DNA of 60,851 nucleotides, the filler included, from Sphacelaria rigidula (lineage: Eukaryota), in assembly GCA_964200075.2 (NCBI GenBank). It is 6 parts of 6 records of this genome, joined end to end, with 100 filler letters (N's around TTAATTAATTAA, not from the genome) between each part and the next. Parts side by side here need not be neighbours in the genome. Positions count along the whole stretch, not along the records: positions 30,479 to 40,536 come from CAXNAA020007232.1; positions 40,637 to 50,694 come from CAXNAA020007233.1; positions 50,795 to 60,851 come from CAXNAA020007234.1; 3 more parts are not named here. One strand, 5' to 3'. Position numbers and translations under genes: made by a program. Shown here piece by piece: positions 38,015-51,775 of the stretch (position 1 is its first letter; each line of letters begins with the position of its first letter). The notes under the pieces are model-generated. The model did no database searches and was not told the DNA's origin. It saw only the letters and a list, made by a program, of their open reading frames with translations.

Positions 38015-39279
38015 GTGTGGAACGTTCTCGGATGGGGAAAAAACTGCATCATATGTGCTGGTTTCGTTGACCCTTACACGGCGACAGAAGGTCGCCTGTT
38101 GATTCGGCAGCTTGACTTGAAGGAAGTATGCTTGATCCAGATGGACTACGCTCGCGGGCCAATGGTTTATCCTCTCTCATGCGCTGTCTTATGGTACCGG
38201 CCCGTAAAGGTCACGTCCCAAAGTCATACCTCATTCGCAAATGTGGCTCTCCGCCCAGACCGTCCAGCTTTTGGGGGACCTTGTCGGAAGATTGTCGTAC
38301 TTCAATTGACCCCCCAGGGTTCCGGCCGTGGTCACATAATGAACATACCTAAGACACATGCCCCCACAACAAACAATCTGCTTAGCGCGACTCCTTGGTG
38401 CTGTCAGCGCAGACTCGGGTATTCAAGTCGAATTCGAGTGCCACATCAACGCTACGCGGACACAACAATCCCTCACTTCACGAGCGGCCCAACACTGCGT
38501 TTTCTGATCACTAGCCTGCTCAAAGGGGCGCGAGGGGGGGGGGGTAAACCGTGCTCTACGGATGTGCCATTATAGACGATGAGCGCAGAGGATTCGTACT
38601 GCCCACCGCAAGTTTTCACCGCAAGTGTTCACTGCGATCCACCCTGGGGAACGCAGTGAACACACGGCTCTGTCGTTCAAATCTGTGCTCGAGGTGACCC
38701 GATTCGACGTGCATCACGAAAAAGAGGCTTTTGCACTGCAATCGCCGACGGGAGAGCTGCCACCGCTGGCATTGCAACAGTACAGGACAGGGCAGTCAGT
38801 ACAGTGTACATAATTTAACGTGAAAATGGTCGAAGGTCGACAGAGTGACCCGTTTTGCCCCTGACTGCGAATGAGTGGGGAAGCTGCGGATAGCGCGGAA
38901 ACTACTGAAGTGTAATATAGCCCCGTGGTATCCTTTCAGTTGCCGACTCGTTTCCTTGGCTTGCAATTCCAGCAATGTCCTTTGCTGTGTACCTGCGCAT
39001 AAATATCTTCGGCTCTGGGTTTCCGCGTCGCAGTTTTCATGTTTCTATTTTCTCTCTCGCCTTTGCTCTCACTCCCGCCCTCTATTTCCTACCTTTCAGG
39101 GGTGGCATACATCTCAGTCACTGCACACCTCTCAGTTACTGCATACCCCCGTCAACAGTACAGTGCAGGATAGCGGTTACGGAGGTACGAGAGTAGTGAA
39201 ATGAACCAGGATTTCAGTCGCAGTGTCGCGGAGGAGCAGCGTGGCGACGCAGTTACTCTTCCCCGCCCCCTCCCTCTCC

Positions 39280-39442
39280 GTGCTCCGTCTCAAAATGGAT
39301 ACGTGATCAATGGTCAAGCGACTAGGGCAAGTCACAAATGAATACGCCCCCCACCCGTAGGAACGGTGCTCCGTCTCGAAAGGGATTCGTGGTCAGGGGC
39401 CAAACAGTTTAGGAAAGCAGCAAATGAGTATCCTCTCCTCCC
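39280..39442 (+). mobile_element. Two tandem C-tailed retroposon copies (subtype B)
   Basis: gtgctccgtctc...aatgaatacgccccccaccc followed by gtaggaacggtgctccgtctcgaaaggg...aatgagtatcctctcctccc, downstream of a C-rich tract. Confidence 0.75.
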
Positions 39443-39832
39443 TTTTTTGTGGTCGAAGGAAACTGTTCAACATTCAGTCACCGAAAATCACTGTATAGCA
39501 GAATGGAGGCTTCGGCAAGCTGTTACATTCGCTGCTGGAGTGTTCCAACGTACAAGGACAACTGAGTTTTTCCTACAGTAGTATATTCCCCCCATTGGGT
39601 GTGGAGACAACGACAACAACATTGGGTGCGATGCGGTCTCCTAAAAACGCCAATTCTCACCCGCGCCTCCCGGGTGTTTCGTTTTGCTCCCCACATTTGT
39701 TCGATAATCATGACCCGCGGTGCGACTCGTTCTACAGTAATACAGTCGGTGGTTCCTTATAACGACGACATGTGTCAGCGCAAAAAGCGATCGGCCGGAT
39801 TGAGATTAGCCCACGATAAGACCAGCTCGACA

Positions 39833-40038
39833 TGAACCCTCTGACCGCGAGGGCAGGCCACCTGCTGAATCGGCATCAATTTCACTTGAAAATATCGGTG
39901 ATCCAGATGGACTACCCGCATCGCAGTCTAAGGGTTAACCCTCTTACCGCTAGGGTAGGTAACCTGGGCCACGGAGTAATTTTTCACGTGAAATGATGCC
40001 GATTCAACAGATGGCCTACCGTCGCGGTCAAGGGTTTG
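39833..40038. mobile_element. Two abutting piggyBac-type MITEs sharing the TTAA at 39935-39938
   Basis: ...gcagtctaaggg-TTAA-ccctcttaccgc...; the internal tgatgccgattca motif is in opposite orientations in the two copies. Confidence 0.75.
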
Positions 40039-40536
40039 ATACGACTACCAACTTGCTGGGTCGACGTTGGAAAGGTCCAGTCGTTGTACGCAATAGGGTT
40101 ACTCCGAGTATGCCAGCAGAAAACACCTGCTGTGGTAGGACGTGCTCTGTACCCCCGCTGCATCGATACCGGAAATACATCATGCGAGAGGGAAGTAAAT
40201 ACTCGCCGTCCTCTATATTTTATGGCGTTCACTTTGTGTAGTGCGTACGCATTATAAATATGTATGTTGAGCTACCCTCAGCACAGACACAGCCTCAGGA
40301 TCCGTGTTTGGAGAAGTACTGTAATGAGCGCGAATGACTTCGCTATGCAGAAAAGAATGCTCGAGCGCGCCATCCATGCAGTACCTTTACCGTTCGGTAT
40401 GAACAGTTGATAGCGTTTCCTCTCAATTGAATTGCATAAAATTTGTTTCAAGGCATGTCCTGCAGAGGCTAGGACATGACCATCTGGCACACATCAGCTT
40501 TCGGTTCAGACCCATGGTCAGGTGACGTAACCCCCC

Positions 40537-40636
40537 NNNNNNNNNNNNNNNNNNNNNNNNNNNNNNNNNNNNNNNNNNNNTTAATTAATTAANNNNNNNN
40601 NNNNNNNNNNNNNNNNNNNNNNNNNNNNNNNNNNNN
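40537..40636. other. Artificial contig linker
   Basis: N44-TTAATTAATTAA-N44. Confidence 0.98.
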
Positions 40637-42372
40637 CGTTTGATTCCTTTGAAGCAACCGCTTCACCAGCTGGGCGCATTACTCCTCGAACTGTGGCGGT
40701 GTCAAAATCGACGGGAATGTCAATTGTTTCGGGTCTGAGTCCGATGTTACACTCTGAATCTCACGAATATAGTTTTACACGCGGCCATTCGGCTACCCCC
40801 AAAAATAGTCTATTCCGGTCAACTATTCGAGCCTTCAGAGGAATCAAACGCCTCTAGAGTGCGCGACCCTCTAGAGGGGTAGGATCGAACGCCGCCAGAG
40901 GCTTGTTTTACCTCTGGGGGGCTGCTCACCTTCTGAAGGAACTTGGAGGATGCGCAGTCCTCCAGAGCACTATCTTTTTTGTGACTCTCGAGGGATTTAG
41001 ACCTCAAAAGTCACTGGAGCATCGGATGCCGTCCAGAGGATTCGTTTCATGGCCGGAACTGAGTATGACATACCCTCTATTAAAAGATGATATTTTTATC
41101 CTCAGGAGGGTCACTTTACCCTCGAGAGGATGAAAATCGCGATAGAGAATGTTTATGGGGGTAGTAGAATGGCCGCGTGTGAGACTTTTGAGCAGATGGG
41201 CACCTTCCCCTTGATGAGACGGTTAATAAGATATGCGGATCACAGCCCAACTCGTCCGTGTCGATGAAATGTTGCCTTGAGAGTGTGAGTCCGTTTTTAG
41301 GCTGGCCCAGCTCGTAATCAACAAGCCGCATTTCGACGCTTGCTGTGATCTTCGCTCTTTTTTTGCTCCCGTTAACCAGTGTAACCGCTTAACTGCGAGC
41401 GTCTCCTCGGAACTGTTATTGTCAGTAGGTAGTTCAGAGACGTCCGGGGGTTTCCAGGGGGCGCGTGGAACATTTTCCGTGAGGAGGTGGGTGCCTGTTC
41501 GCGTAATCGGCGGAGAGCTCATGGTGTCAGCCATGTATGCTTGGAAGTTTCTCGTGGAAACCTGTAAGCCAGGAACAAGGCCCGAGGAGGAGAGACGATT
41601 CTGATGAATTATAGCTATCAAGAAGTTTGACTGGGTCATGACTATTTGTTGCCGACATGGAGACCACAGACCACAAGTTGGACCACCTCTCAGTGTATAG
41701 TTGTATTCGACCATAAACATTGTTTTCGTGGGAGTGGGAGTAGGGCGTTGATCCAGAGTGGGTTTTATCATTCGCTTGAAGTCGCACAAATTAGCATTCT
41801 GTGTGTGCTCTTCTTTGCGTATAACACTGGCATGTGCCTACAGCTACACGTCGATATCCTACCAAGGAATGTCATGGGCTTCCGTCGCAAGCTACTACAG
41901 GAAGCGTATCGGGCCTCGTGAAGGGTCATTTCGGGGCTGAAACGATGCTCTCATTAATTGACCACTTCCCACTTTCGATCGTATCCTCTACTCTCAATCT
42001 CACGAAAACATTGTTGCATTTAATTCAAGACCATTAAACCATATAGAAAGCATAGGCATGTGCTGTGTATGTTTTTTTGCTTGAACCCAAGGACGTGCTC
42101 GAGCTACAGGGACCATTTTTTTAATGCAATGTCATCAACTCAAGAAAACACATCATGAAGAACGCGGTATCGTGAGGTACCCTAGCGATTCTTCATGCTG
42201 AAATTTCAGACCCTGGACGCTATATGGTCAATAACAGTTGCAAGAGAAAAACGTTGTACTGCGTAACGTATGGGCATACTGTCGGACCGACACTAGTTAC
42301 AATGGGCCTATACTGTACTGCTCCGCAGCGAACTTTTATCTTTTGCGATCGTTGCCCATATATCTATACATA

Positions 42373-42963
42373 CTTCCTCTGTCTCATAAGTCTGTGCAGT
42401 TATGTTTATACGAGCCCTAAACGGTGTCCGATTTGATTTTCGATTCTTTCATTGCATTCGTTGGCGTTTTTTGAGCACAAAGCAGTACTCTTTCTGCAAC
42501 GTGGGTGCTTGACCCGTGCAGCCTCGCGACCGAGAAAAAGTGGGTCGGTCAAAATATGGCCATTTTTCGTTTTCCCCAGTAAAGCATAGCAGGCCCGGAA
42601 ATCGCGAAAAATCGTGAAAAAAGTGTCAAAACCGCAAAACCACCACTGATTTTGATATATCCGTGACGTTAACCTACGCACGCCCTATAAAACAAATTTG
42701 CAGCATGTGATCGCTATTTCTCGACGGAAAAATGTCCAAAATCGGTCAACATTGGGGTATAAATGGACCAGAAAGGACCAAAATGGGGTATATTTTGACC
42801 TGAAATTAGCATTGAAAACAAGTTTTTTTTCCTCTTTTATTTTTGAGTCAACTTCATCTGCGCGTTATCTCTCCAACGAACCCAACTGTAGGATGATCGT
42901 CAGCGTTGAAAAACCCAAACGATCAAACGCCCATATCTCCACAGACTTATTAGACAGAGGAAG
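42373..42963 (+). mobile_element. Stowaway-like Tc1/mariner MITE (591 bp), TA TSD
   Basis: TA-cttcctctgtctcataagtctgtg ... cacagacttattagacagaggaag-TA; second copy inverted at 52457-53061. Confidence 0.85.
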
Positions 42964-43179
42964 TATATACTTAACGCAGTACAGTTTTTCCCATGGCAAC
43001 TGTTGACCAAACGTTGTCAAGGATGCTTAAAATTTCGAAACACTACTCACAAAACCGAGCTGATGCCCTGAGATCGAGGGACAAATGATATGGTATGCTT
43101 TTCATGGATCAGACACACGATCTGGGATTTTCCTCACATCATGTCCAGCAGAGGAGAACGACTGTCGTGGATGTGATGT

Positions 43180-43362
43180 GCGGGAGGACCGTGTGCTGAG
43201 AGGACCGCATCGTAGTTCAAAACACCTCAGGATCGACGTTTTCAAAAACCAATCGGGCCAGTCCCTGCAGGGACCAGGCCCCCGACCCTAACCCCAACGC
43301 TAACCCTAACCAAAGGGGTGTAAAACCCGTTCCGGTCCCCCGATGCACGCGGTCCTCCCACG
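43180..43362. repeat. Small inverted-repeat element with internal CCCTAA-like tract
   Basis: gggaggaccgtgtgc ... gcacgcggtcctccc flank cccgaccctaaccccaacgctaaccctaacc. Confidence 0.6.
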
Positions 43363-44999
43363 CATTAGTCGGTGACAAAGTCGACTTGACGGTCGACGAA
43401 AAAGAAAGGCCGGTGAGCCGTTTTCGCGGTTGAAACAAAAACGCGACGGCAGAAGGAAGGTGGAGTGCTCAAACACTGGAACAAAATAAATGAAGGAAAT
43501 AATATGTTGACGTGGCTCCTGTGTGACCCCGGCTGATGCGCCCACATATACCGAAAGCTGCAGACTGATGTCCAGAATAGATTGGATGACAACACAATAC
43601 AACACTGTTCATCACACAGCACTCCGCTGAGAAGAGTCCTGATGTCATGAACATCCGATACAACCAAAGTAGCTCAGGTAAAGATGAAACCGCGAGCATC
43701 AAAAATCGCACTTTCGCGCTGGGTACAGGCGCAAATATGTGTGTGTTTGGCGATAGCTGCCATCGCACCCTGCTTGAGTGCACAGTGACAGTTTCCTTTC
43801 AAGCAATACAGCCTTAGTTCGAAGCAAACGCGTTTCAGGTTCCAGAATGGGACAAGGGTCGTTGTGTTTGAATCGGATGTGTACCTGTATTTCTTGCGAC
43901 AGCTTTGCGAACTATTCATCGCCAGTTCGTACGCAGTCGTTGGTCGAGTAGAGCCAGAACTATGGGAAGAAGTAGCGATGGTTGTGTTCTACAGCGGTGC
44001 ACCAGTGAGAATATAAATACACGTTTCATCGAGTCTGCTGCCATCATCGCACATGTGTGTTGTTCCCGGAAGGATTCGTGAAAACTTACGGTAGTACTAA
44101 ATCAAGTGGAGCACTGCCGCAGCGCCCTGCGCCGTGAGTTGTGCTTGTTTGAATGGCTAATGCCCCGTTGCGCGGCAAGTCAAACAATCCACGCCTTGCC
44201 GTCTCAAGGTGCGTTCCCTCAGGATTTTCGATGAGCGAGAATTGGTGGAGAAGAAGGAAAAAGTCAATCGGATGGATTCAAGTCACTAATGTTTCTGCTT
44301 TATTCGCGTTATATGTTCCAAGGTCTGTCGACTGCTACTGAAGAACGTAGTAAATGTAGCTCCTTGCACCGTGAATACGGGCGCAAGCAAATAGCTCACC
44401 AATAAGGGAAAAATCCAACGCTTGCCATGTGCAACCGTCAGAAGCGTGTTCTCGGGTTGCATGCCCCCGTACCTACAGACGATCGCACTCGACGTCTGAC
44501 AACTTCGAAGACACCCACAGTCTATCGTCGTCGGAGTTGCTGTTTTTCAATGACACCTGTGCGATATTGGGTGATCAGTAGCCATTTGCATGAAAACCTG
44601 TGGCATTTTTGTCAGAGTCAGTCAGCTTGAACTGACCCATTTGCTCCGAAACGAACGACGGTGCTCCAGTTCGTAGCCGATTCACTGAAAAGAAAAGACA
44701 TCCAATCTTTGATTTGGTTGAAAAACGCTGTTAACTGCTGCATCCGGCACGGGGCATCTCGCGAATACCGTGTGAACAACATTGAGGCGGGGTGCTATTT
44801 TTTATTTGCCATTGTTTTGTAACGTCCGCTGCATTTTCTAGTTCTTCGCCTGCGAAATTCGCTGAGAATTAAACAGCGCACAACGAAAGAGAATGCACAG
44901 AATCCGCTGTCGTTTCCATCGCCGTTTTTTACATTTATTGAAGACGTAACATTGAAACGAGGGGCTTCACATTCGCAGGGCTGGTGACCCCCTCACTGA

Positions 45000-47100
45000 C
45001 GATTCATGTCCAACTTATCGAAACTCGCTCAAGCAGGTCCCACATACACTTCTCGCCGAGGAAAACACAGACCACATTGTGGGCTGTACCTATCAAGGAC
45101 CCATGAAGGCGTCGATGATTCATCTAGTACTGGGGTTGTTGACGGGTTCAGCTGGTGCACGAGAAGGTCTTCGTTTCGAGGCTACCTCGACCGAAGCAGA
45201 TCCCAAGGTAACCTGCCCTTCGTGTGAGCAGCTTTTTGACAAACTGGAAGTCACTCCAGGAGATCAGGGGAAGCAATACCAGAGGGTGGAAGTCGTCGAG
45301 CGAGGTGCGAGAGTACTTTCCACATTCCCACGGCAGGCGTGAGTGGTTTGTGACAGTTCTGGATGAAAAAACAGCTATTTTAGTGTTAGCCCGGCACAGT
45401 TTCTCATTTTTGCTGAGTATTCATCGATGGACGGTTCCGGTACACCTGGTGCAGAAGTGCCGGCCGGCGCCGCCGACGGACAAGCTGGGCATGTTACTCA
45501 CGTGGATTGTAACAAAAGGTGCCGTCCTTTTGCGTGCGGGATAGCTGAACGTTCGTTGAGGGTTTGGCTTGGAGGTGATAACGACAGCTATTTACAGATC
45601 CAGGGGCTGCAGGGAGGGTCCCGTGCTGTCGCGCACACCACGACGTAGGCTACCCAATTGCTCTTAATGGTTCGGTTGGTTATCGGTGGTACCGCCGGCT
45701 GTTCCCGGCGGCACCACAGGGATTGCAACAGTACCAACATCAAGGTGTCGTGGTGGGTGAATGATAGTCAGGGTGTTTGGGTGTGCACCTCAGGCCCCTC
45801 CAGCCTTTCTCAACACAGAGATGCCAGTAGCGCAGAAGAAGAAATGTATCGTAGTGCCTAGACCTCTACGAAAATGACGTCGCACGGCCCGACCCTAGAA
45901 TAGCCACTGAGCTTCCGTCAGAACGTTTGGAGTTCGTAACGGTTTCTACGACGATCGAGCGTAACGTTTCCAGATTCCTTAGTATCATGACGAGAGAGAA
46001 GCCCAATTTTCACCCTGACCTTGATACGTGAACTCGCTCGCTTCATATCCTCGTTGGGAGCATAGCGCTGACCTATCGTTGTCCTACACGCGTTACTTGC
46101 CGCCCAAACCAGTTCCATGGCTGGTAATCCTGTCCAATGACTTGGAGAAATCACAGCCTTCGACGGCTTCTTTGGGCAATATGACCTCTGTTGCACGGAA
46201 AGCCTCCCTTTTATGTGTACGAGTCCTGTGTGGCCTAATGAAGCCCGTCGCTGTCAAACCGAGAATCTTGATTAACCTTGCGAGAATTTTCACGTGTTAA
46301 GGTTTGTTGATTGTACACTAACTCGATAGCTTTAGATATGTCTTCTAACGTAGGACTGATTCCTGCTCTCAACTATCCCATTTTTCATACGCAGGCGAAC
46401 CGAAAAGCGGAACCGGTTTCATGTTCGAGTGGGCCGGGAACTTGCTCATACACACGTGCGACTATCTGAACGAAACGTTCGGCGATGGCTCTTGCCGTAT
46501 TGATTTGCAAATGAGCAACGATAACATCAAGGATCTGAGAGAGATCGCTTTGACCTTTGAACCTCGTTCTGGCAGCCCTCACGCCCGATGTTCATGCACC
46601 GACGTCTTCAGGTGAGACCTGATGTTTGGGGGCCGTGCAGAATGAAAAGGGGGAAGCGTGCGGGTACGGATCTCCTCTCTTTGTATCGGGTACATCTTGC
46701 AGCGGAAATTGACGCCATTGATGAGAATTTGAAAATATGATTCATGGCCGAATGCTGTGGTTTCCGTTGCAATATTCGGCTGTGGTTCCTCAGTATGTAT
46801 CGGCTACACGGATGTAATAGCGGGTATAATTTTCTATTATAACTATTGGACAACTCTCGCGCACATGAAGGGATAAACCGCAGTCGTTCCTTGACGGGGG
46901 TATCTACCCTGCATGAATCGATACAGAGGCATGAAGAGAAGATGTCCAGTACTCCGTACTCGTAGCCATCGCAAGAAGGTGCTCGTACATCGTTGTAGTG
47001 GCATGTGGCGAGCTTTCATTATCTTGCAATGTCCATTTCATGGAAGTTGCATCACATTCATCAGGGATATCGCATCCATCGACGACATTCATCTTGGCTG
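45000..47100 (+). pseudogene. Highly decayed Ty1/Copia pol remnant
   Basis: Motif fragments in Copia order across frames: CPT, QGPMKAS, VVDGFS and GIAERSLR (integrase); VLCGLMK, NLLI and IKDLRE (RT); RSLTG (RNase H). Confidence 0.45.
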
Positions 47101-47225
47101 TCATTAATGCTGTACGACACTCAATCCAATCAAAATAACGAACCAACCAATCAATCCTACAGTAGTATATACTATTTTCAAGTACTGCCGCTGCGCCCCG
47201 GTATTCAAAATGAAAATCATACAAC

Positions 47226-47480
47226 GGACACCATCGAGATGGGAAGAAAAAAATCAGGCATGTGGACGTTCACCTGGGATATGGATGTCCATCTGCTGTA
47301 TGAATATTCATCCAGGATATCCACCCGAGACGTTCATCTGGGATGCCCATAGCCGTAACGGAGTCCACATCCCAGATGAATATCCAAGATAGACGTCTAT
47401 ATCCCAGATGTGTACTCTCCTCAGATGTGATATCCTAGGTGCACGCCTATCTGGGGTATCTAAGTACATCTGGGATATCT
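47226..47480. repeat. catcccagatg/catctgggat-rich palindromic repeat
   Basis: Multiple direct and inverted copies of atcccagatg / catctgggat. Confidence 0.7.
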
Positions 47481-47751
47481 AACTTCCAAATAGAGGTTGC
47501 GACATTATGCAACACCAATAGAGCATCCTCGAGCCCTCGCCGCAAACACTAAAATTGTTCAAGTGGGCACCTCCAAGTTTTGGCTGCGGAGAGATCAGCG
47601 TGTGAGTTGAAGTAGAGAATATCAATGCAGAAGAGATGATTTCCCCCTGGCGCTGCCCCATGTATTCTTGTGTACTGCCACACATGTGTACGCTATTGAT
47701 CATTCTACATTGATTTTGTCCCTCGTCTGCAACACCCTCTCGCTGTCGCAG

Positions 47752-48430
47752 AGTATTCATCGGACTGTCTAGCAGAGGCAAGCACATGTTGCCCATGTCC
47801 GCACGTTGCGCTTTGGCACACAGGAACGGGGTTCTATACGAAGAGAATGCTTGCACATTCGGGGATGGATCGCCAATGAAGAACGTAACCGATGTGGTGC
47901 CATGCGTGCAGGAATCCTCATGCCTGGTGTACGACCACCGTCAGCAAATGGTAGTCATGCGCGACCCGCGGCCAGTGGTCGTCAGCTCCTATTTTTTTGC
48001 CCTCGCCCACCAGAAACGCATTTTGAATGGCGAGTCGCTCGACGAGTACGTGGTCCGGATGTTCCCTACCGTGTGTCAATGGGTCGCGATACGCCACTAT
48101 TTCTTCCAAGGCATGGTGCCAGACAAAGCTATTGTGTTTTGGTATGATGACTCGCTCGCAGACCCGCTCACGTGGCACAATAGGTGGCTTGAGTTCATCG
48201 GTTTGAACCCCCCACCCGAGGTGGTGAGGGCCGCAACTGATGCTGCAGCTGCGAGAGACTTTAGATTTTACTCCAAGGGCGTCGACGAACATATCGGAGG
48301 GAACCAGCCGTCGATGAAACGATCCTATGCGGAAGAAGTACGCCCAGACACGCTAGCAGGTCTTGAAGACGTTATGCGGAATTGGTTGCCCCCAGAGCTT
48401 CTGGAACGATTTAGGGTGTCGAGCACCTAG
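47752..48430 (+). CDS. Sulfotransferase, terminal exon
   Basis: Acceptor ctgtcgcag|A with a pyrimidine tract; open frame to TAG at 48430. 3'-phosphate-binding motif VVMRDPRPVVVSSYF, WYDD at the YED position, and WLEFIGL...VVRAA helices. The exon with the 5'-PSB (KSGT-type) motif was not found in this contig. Confidence 0.8.
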
Positions 48431-48612
48431 CTATAGGTAAAAAGAGTGTTGTGATTTTGTACCCATTGTTGTCGTTGAGGTGGTCATTCATCGACGGTGG
48501 GTTTGCTGTTTCTGTTCCGTATACGATATGCTGGTACGTGGTCGTGTGGACACTGGGAGGGTTGGTGGTGGTGCATGGCAAGGACGTAGTCCGGTAACAC
48601 ATTCCAAGTTTA

Positions 48613-48868
48613 CACACGTCGGACAGATAATCCGTCTGAAATAACTAATCAAAGAAGACCCTCAGATGCGTTGGTCCAAAAATACAAGATATGTGACCGC
48701 GGAGTCAGGAGAGCCAAAGCGCAATCTTTCCGCTACTCGGCGTGCCCGGCGTCCGGCGCTGTAGGGAGCAAACATGCAAAAGGGGGACCAAATGATTCGG
48801 ATCATGATACGGATCAGTACACTGAAGGAAAGGGATTTTAAGACGGATCATGATCTGCCCGACGTGTG
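48613..48868. mobile_element. MITE with cacacgtcggRcagat TIRs
   Basis: ta-cacacgtcggacagat ... atctgcccgacgtgtg-ca. Confidence 0.7.
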
Positions 48869-50694
48869 CAAGTTTATGCATTAGTGGTGCACGTTTCCAG
48901 AACCCGTACATATTATCCGTACTGTACCCGTGTGATAAAATGATAAAGGGAGGGAATTTTTAAGTTCCGTACAAGTCTCTATCGTGCGTGCGGCCTTACT
49001 GGCGTAGTTACTACAGTGGTGTGAAACTGATATTTTGGTAAGAGAGTTATCGAGAATGTATCTCAGGGCAATCGGTTGCTATCTTACGAAGGATGGGCCA
49101 CCGATCCGTAAATCAAACAACCCCCACTTTGTGTATGCATGCCGTGAATCATGGGGCACGTGAACAGCCTAGCGGTGGGCTTGTTCAAGGAGAATTTGTC
49201 GATAGCGATGGCTGGCGGCAGCAGGTGGCTCGTAGTTACGTCGCGCACCGGGTTTGGATATCTCGCACTGTCTATCTGAGTGTATGTAGACATGTATATT
49301 GTAAGTCCACATGTTCGTATTTCATGGGAAATGGGGAGGTCCTCTCTTTGAAGGTTTTGGGCGAGGGTTCCCAATGCATATTGTGACCTTAACAGGGAAA
49401 ATGTCGTGGTCACGCGTCTTGAACCGCATGATACCGGTTGGGGTTCAGGGACGGTCACGTGACCACACTGCAAATGGGTATGAGGAAATATGGCGATGGC
49501 TTCGAACGACTGCAAAGAAATGTCATCACAAGAGCCGCTCTTCTTGATTTCCGCTTAGAATTTTGTTGAATGGTTTGTTTCCGACACTTCGGGGCCTACT
49601 CGTAGCAATTCGGTAATGTTGGCTGAATGTTTCTCGGTAAGATGGTACATGGTCTTCAAGATGCTTGTGCATCTCCTCCGTTTCGGGACTAGAACCGATG
49701 TCATACGTCTCAGAATCCAACTCCGAACAGAAGCTAGTCGACCTCCAAAGCATGTCGCTGTGTTTGGGGAATCACTCAGACGACCTTGCAAAAGGGGGGT
49801 GTTTGTCAACGTGCAGTGTTTCGTACACACAATATACAGGTGGTAAGAGCACTTGAAAAATTACCTGTTGAGAATCGAGGCTCAATTCATTCAGATTATA
49901 AGAAATTGATGCTAAGAAATTTTGCTCAGATCGGAGCGAAAATAAGGATAATAAATTGAACGATGCAAGAGGCTCGGCGGATAAGAAATCTGTCACCGAC
50001 ACTGCTGCCTAGTAAATAAAAAAATTATCCCACACCCATCAGCCCCTCGGCGCAAGAATGGGCCACCCCTCTCTTCCCCCCAACCCCCCGCCCCACCCCC
50101 CCAAAGAAATTGGCCTCTAAGAAATTCATCATTGCACGTGTGTGGAAAGTGAGAAATTGGCTGTCAGAGTTTGTCAAGTAGTGACGCCACCTGTATTGCT
50201 ATATTTGGGGCAAATGTACACGCATCTTGCAATCTTTTGAGTGCAAGGCTGTTGATATTGTGCAATACTGCCCTGCTAGGAAGAGTGACGGGAAACGTGA
50301 GTTCTTCTCAGGTTGACTACGTGAAGTGCCACCCAATCACTGCACACTACGTTGAGATATTTTGCCTACTAGCGTAGCGCAGATCACAGGTTATGGGTTA
50401 AGTTTCAATGTCGGCACGGTGCACGAGGTATGGCTTGCGGATCAAACCCGGCCATGGGCAGTTCAGAGGTAAACAACGTGGATAGTACAAAAAGTGGATT
50501 GATACGCTTGTCTACAGAAAAAATCAGCCAAGCATTAACTATTTATCTTCTGCACCTGTGTACAGAATTTTTCTCAAGATCCACTTATGCTCAACGAATA
50601 GTAAGCAGTGGTCCAACTCTAGCATTGAGTGATGCTACGGTAGGGGTACAGAAATAATTTCTGAGGTTAGAATTGTTAGGAGCCCCTTATCTCA

Positions 50695-50794
50695 NNNNNN
50701 NNNNNNNNNNNNNNNNNNNNNNNNNNNNNNNNNNNNNNTTAATTAATTAANNNNNNNNNNNNNNNNNNNNNNNNNNNNNNNNNNNNNNNNNNNN
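50695..50794. other. Artificial contig linker
   Basis: N44-TTAATTAATTAA-N44. Confidence 0.98.
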
Positions 50795-50795
50795 G

Positions 50796-50904
50796 TTAAC
50801 CCTTCGACTGCGGTGCAGGTTGTCCATCTGGATGACACATACTCTTTTCAGGTGAATATTGATGCCGATTCAGCAAGTGACCTACCTACCCTCGCGGTCA
50901 AAGG
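50796..50904 (+). mobile_element. piggyBac-type MITE
   Basis: TTAA-cccttcgactgcgg...tgatgccgattca...ctcgcggtcaaaggg. Confidence 0.7.
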
Positions 50905-51775
50905 GAGAGGAGCTAAAAATATGTTCATGGATAATGGTTGATGGGGAACATCATGGAATGTTACAAACTAACACTAACACTAGCCCTAACCCCGACCCCG
51001 ACCCAAGGCGCACGAGACCCTCGGGCGAGAAGGGTGCATAGATTCCCCTAGACCAAGTGCGCGTTGGAAGACTTCAAATCGTCGCCTGAAACGCCGATTT
51101 TGACAAAAACACGTTCTGCGCGAGCTGGGTCCGCTGCTCACCTGCCCCAACCCATATTGTTTTCAGAACTTCATCGAGTCCAAAATCTTGTAGTCATCAC
51201 TGTCAACCATTGTGTACGAACATTTCTTTAGGTCTACTGCTCTTCATTATGCACTCTGGTGCTGGTCTGTAGTAAGTGTCTCGTCCAGGAGGCTCAACCA
51301 GACCTAACCATTCTTGTTGCCGAAGCCAGAGTTCACACCGGCACACGCTCCTTTGTATCAACGATGTGCGTGCCAGCTTTCGACAGCGGTGCTATCTGTC
51401 TCCGCGCACACACCGTATCCCAACATGCCCGCACTCAGGGTGTTGACACATTACACTGCTTGTAACGCAGGATACGCCCGCACTCAGGTTGTGACATATT
51501 ATACCGCTGTACTACAACAGGGGTGGGTGCGCCTGATGAGCACCGTGTTGACCCAACTCTACCACCACACCACAGCCTTGGTCAAGGATAGCAGTGAGAA
51601 GGAATCACTCCTTGAAGGTGATTCCGGCCCTACACCGGCCGAAAATACCCTCCCCACGCCGTACCGACAAGACCGGTCATGACCTTCGTTGAAGGACGGG
51701 AAGGGGAGCAACAAATACAAATACTCTACTCAAAGTTTGAGTAGGTTTGCTTCGAGTGTCAACTAGCCTCTTATT

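Noticed and set aside
51560..51682. Possible last exon of the PH-domain gene on the minus strand
   Set aside because: The acceptor is plausible, but the required phase gives only R-S-stop; not decidable without transcripts.
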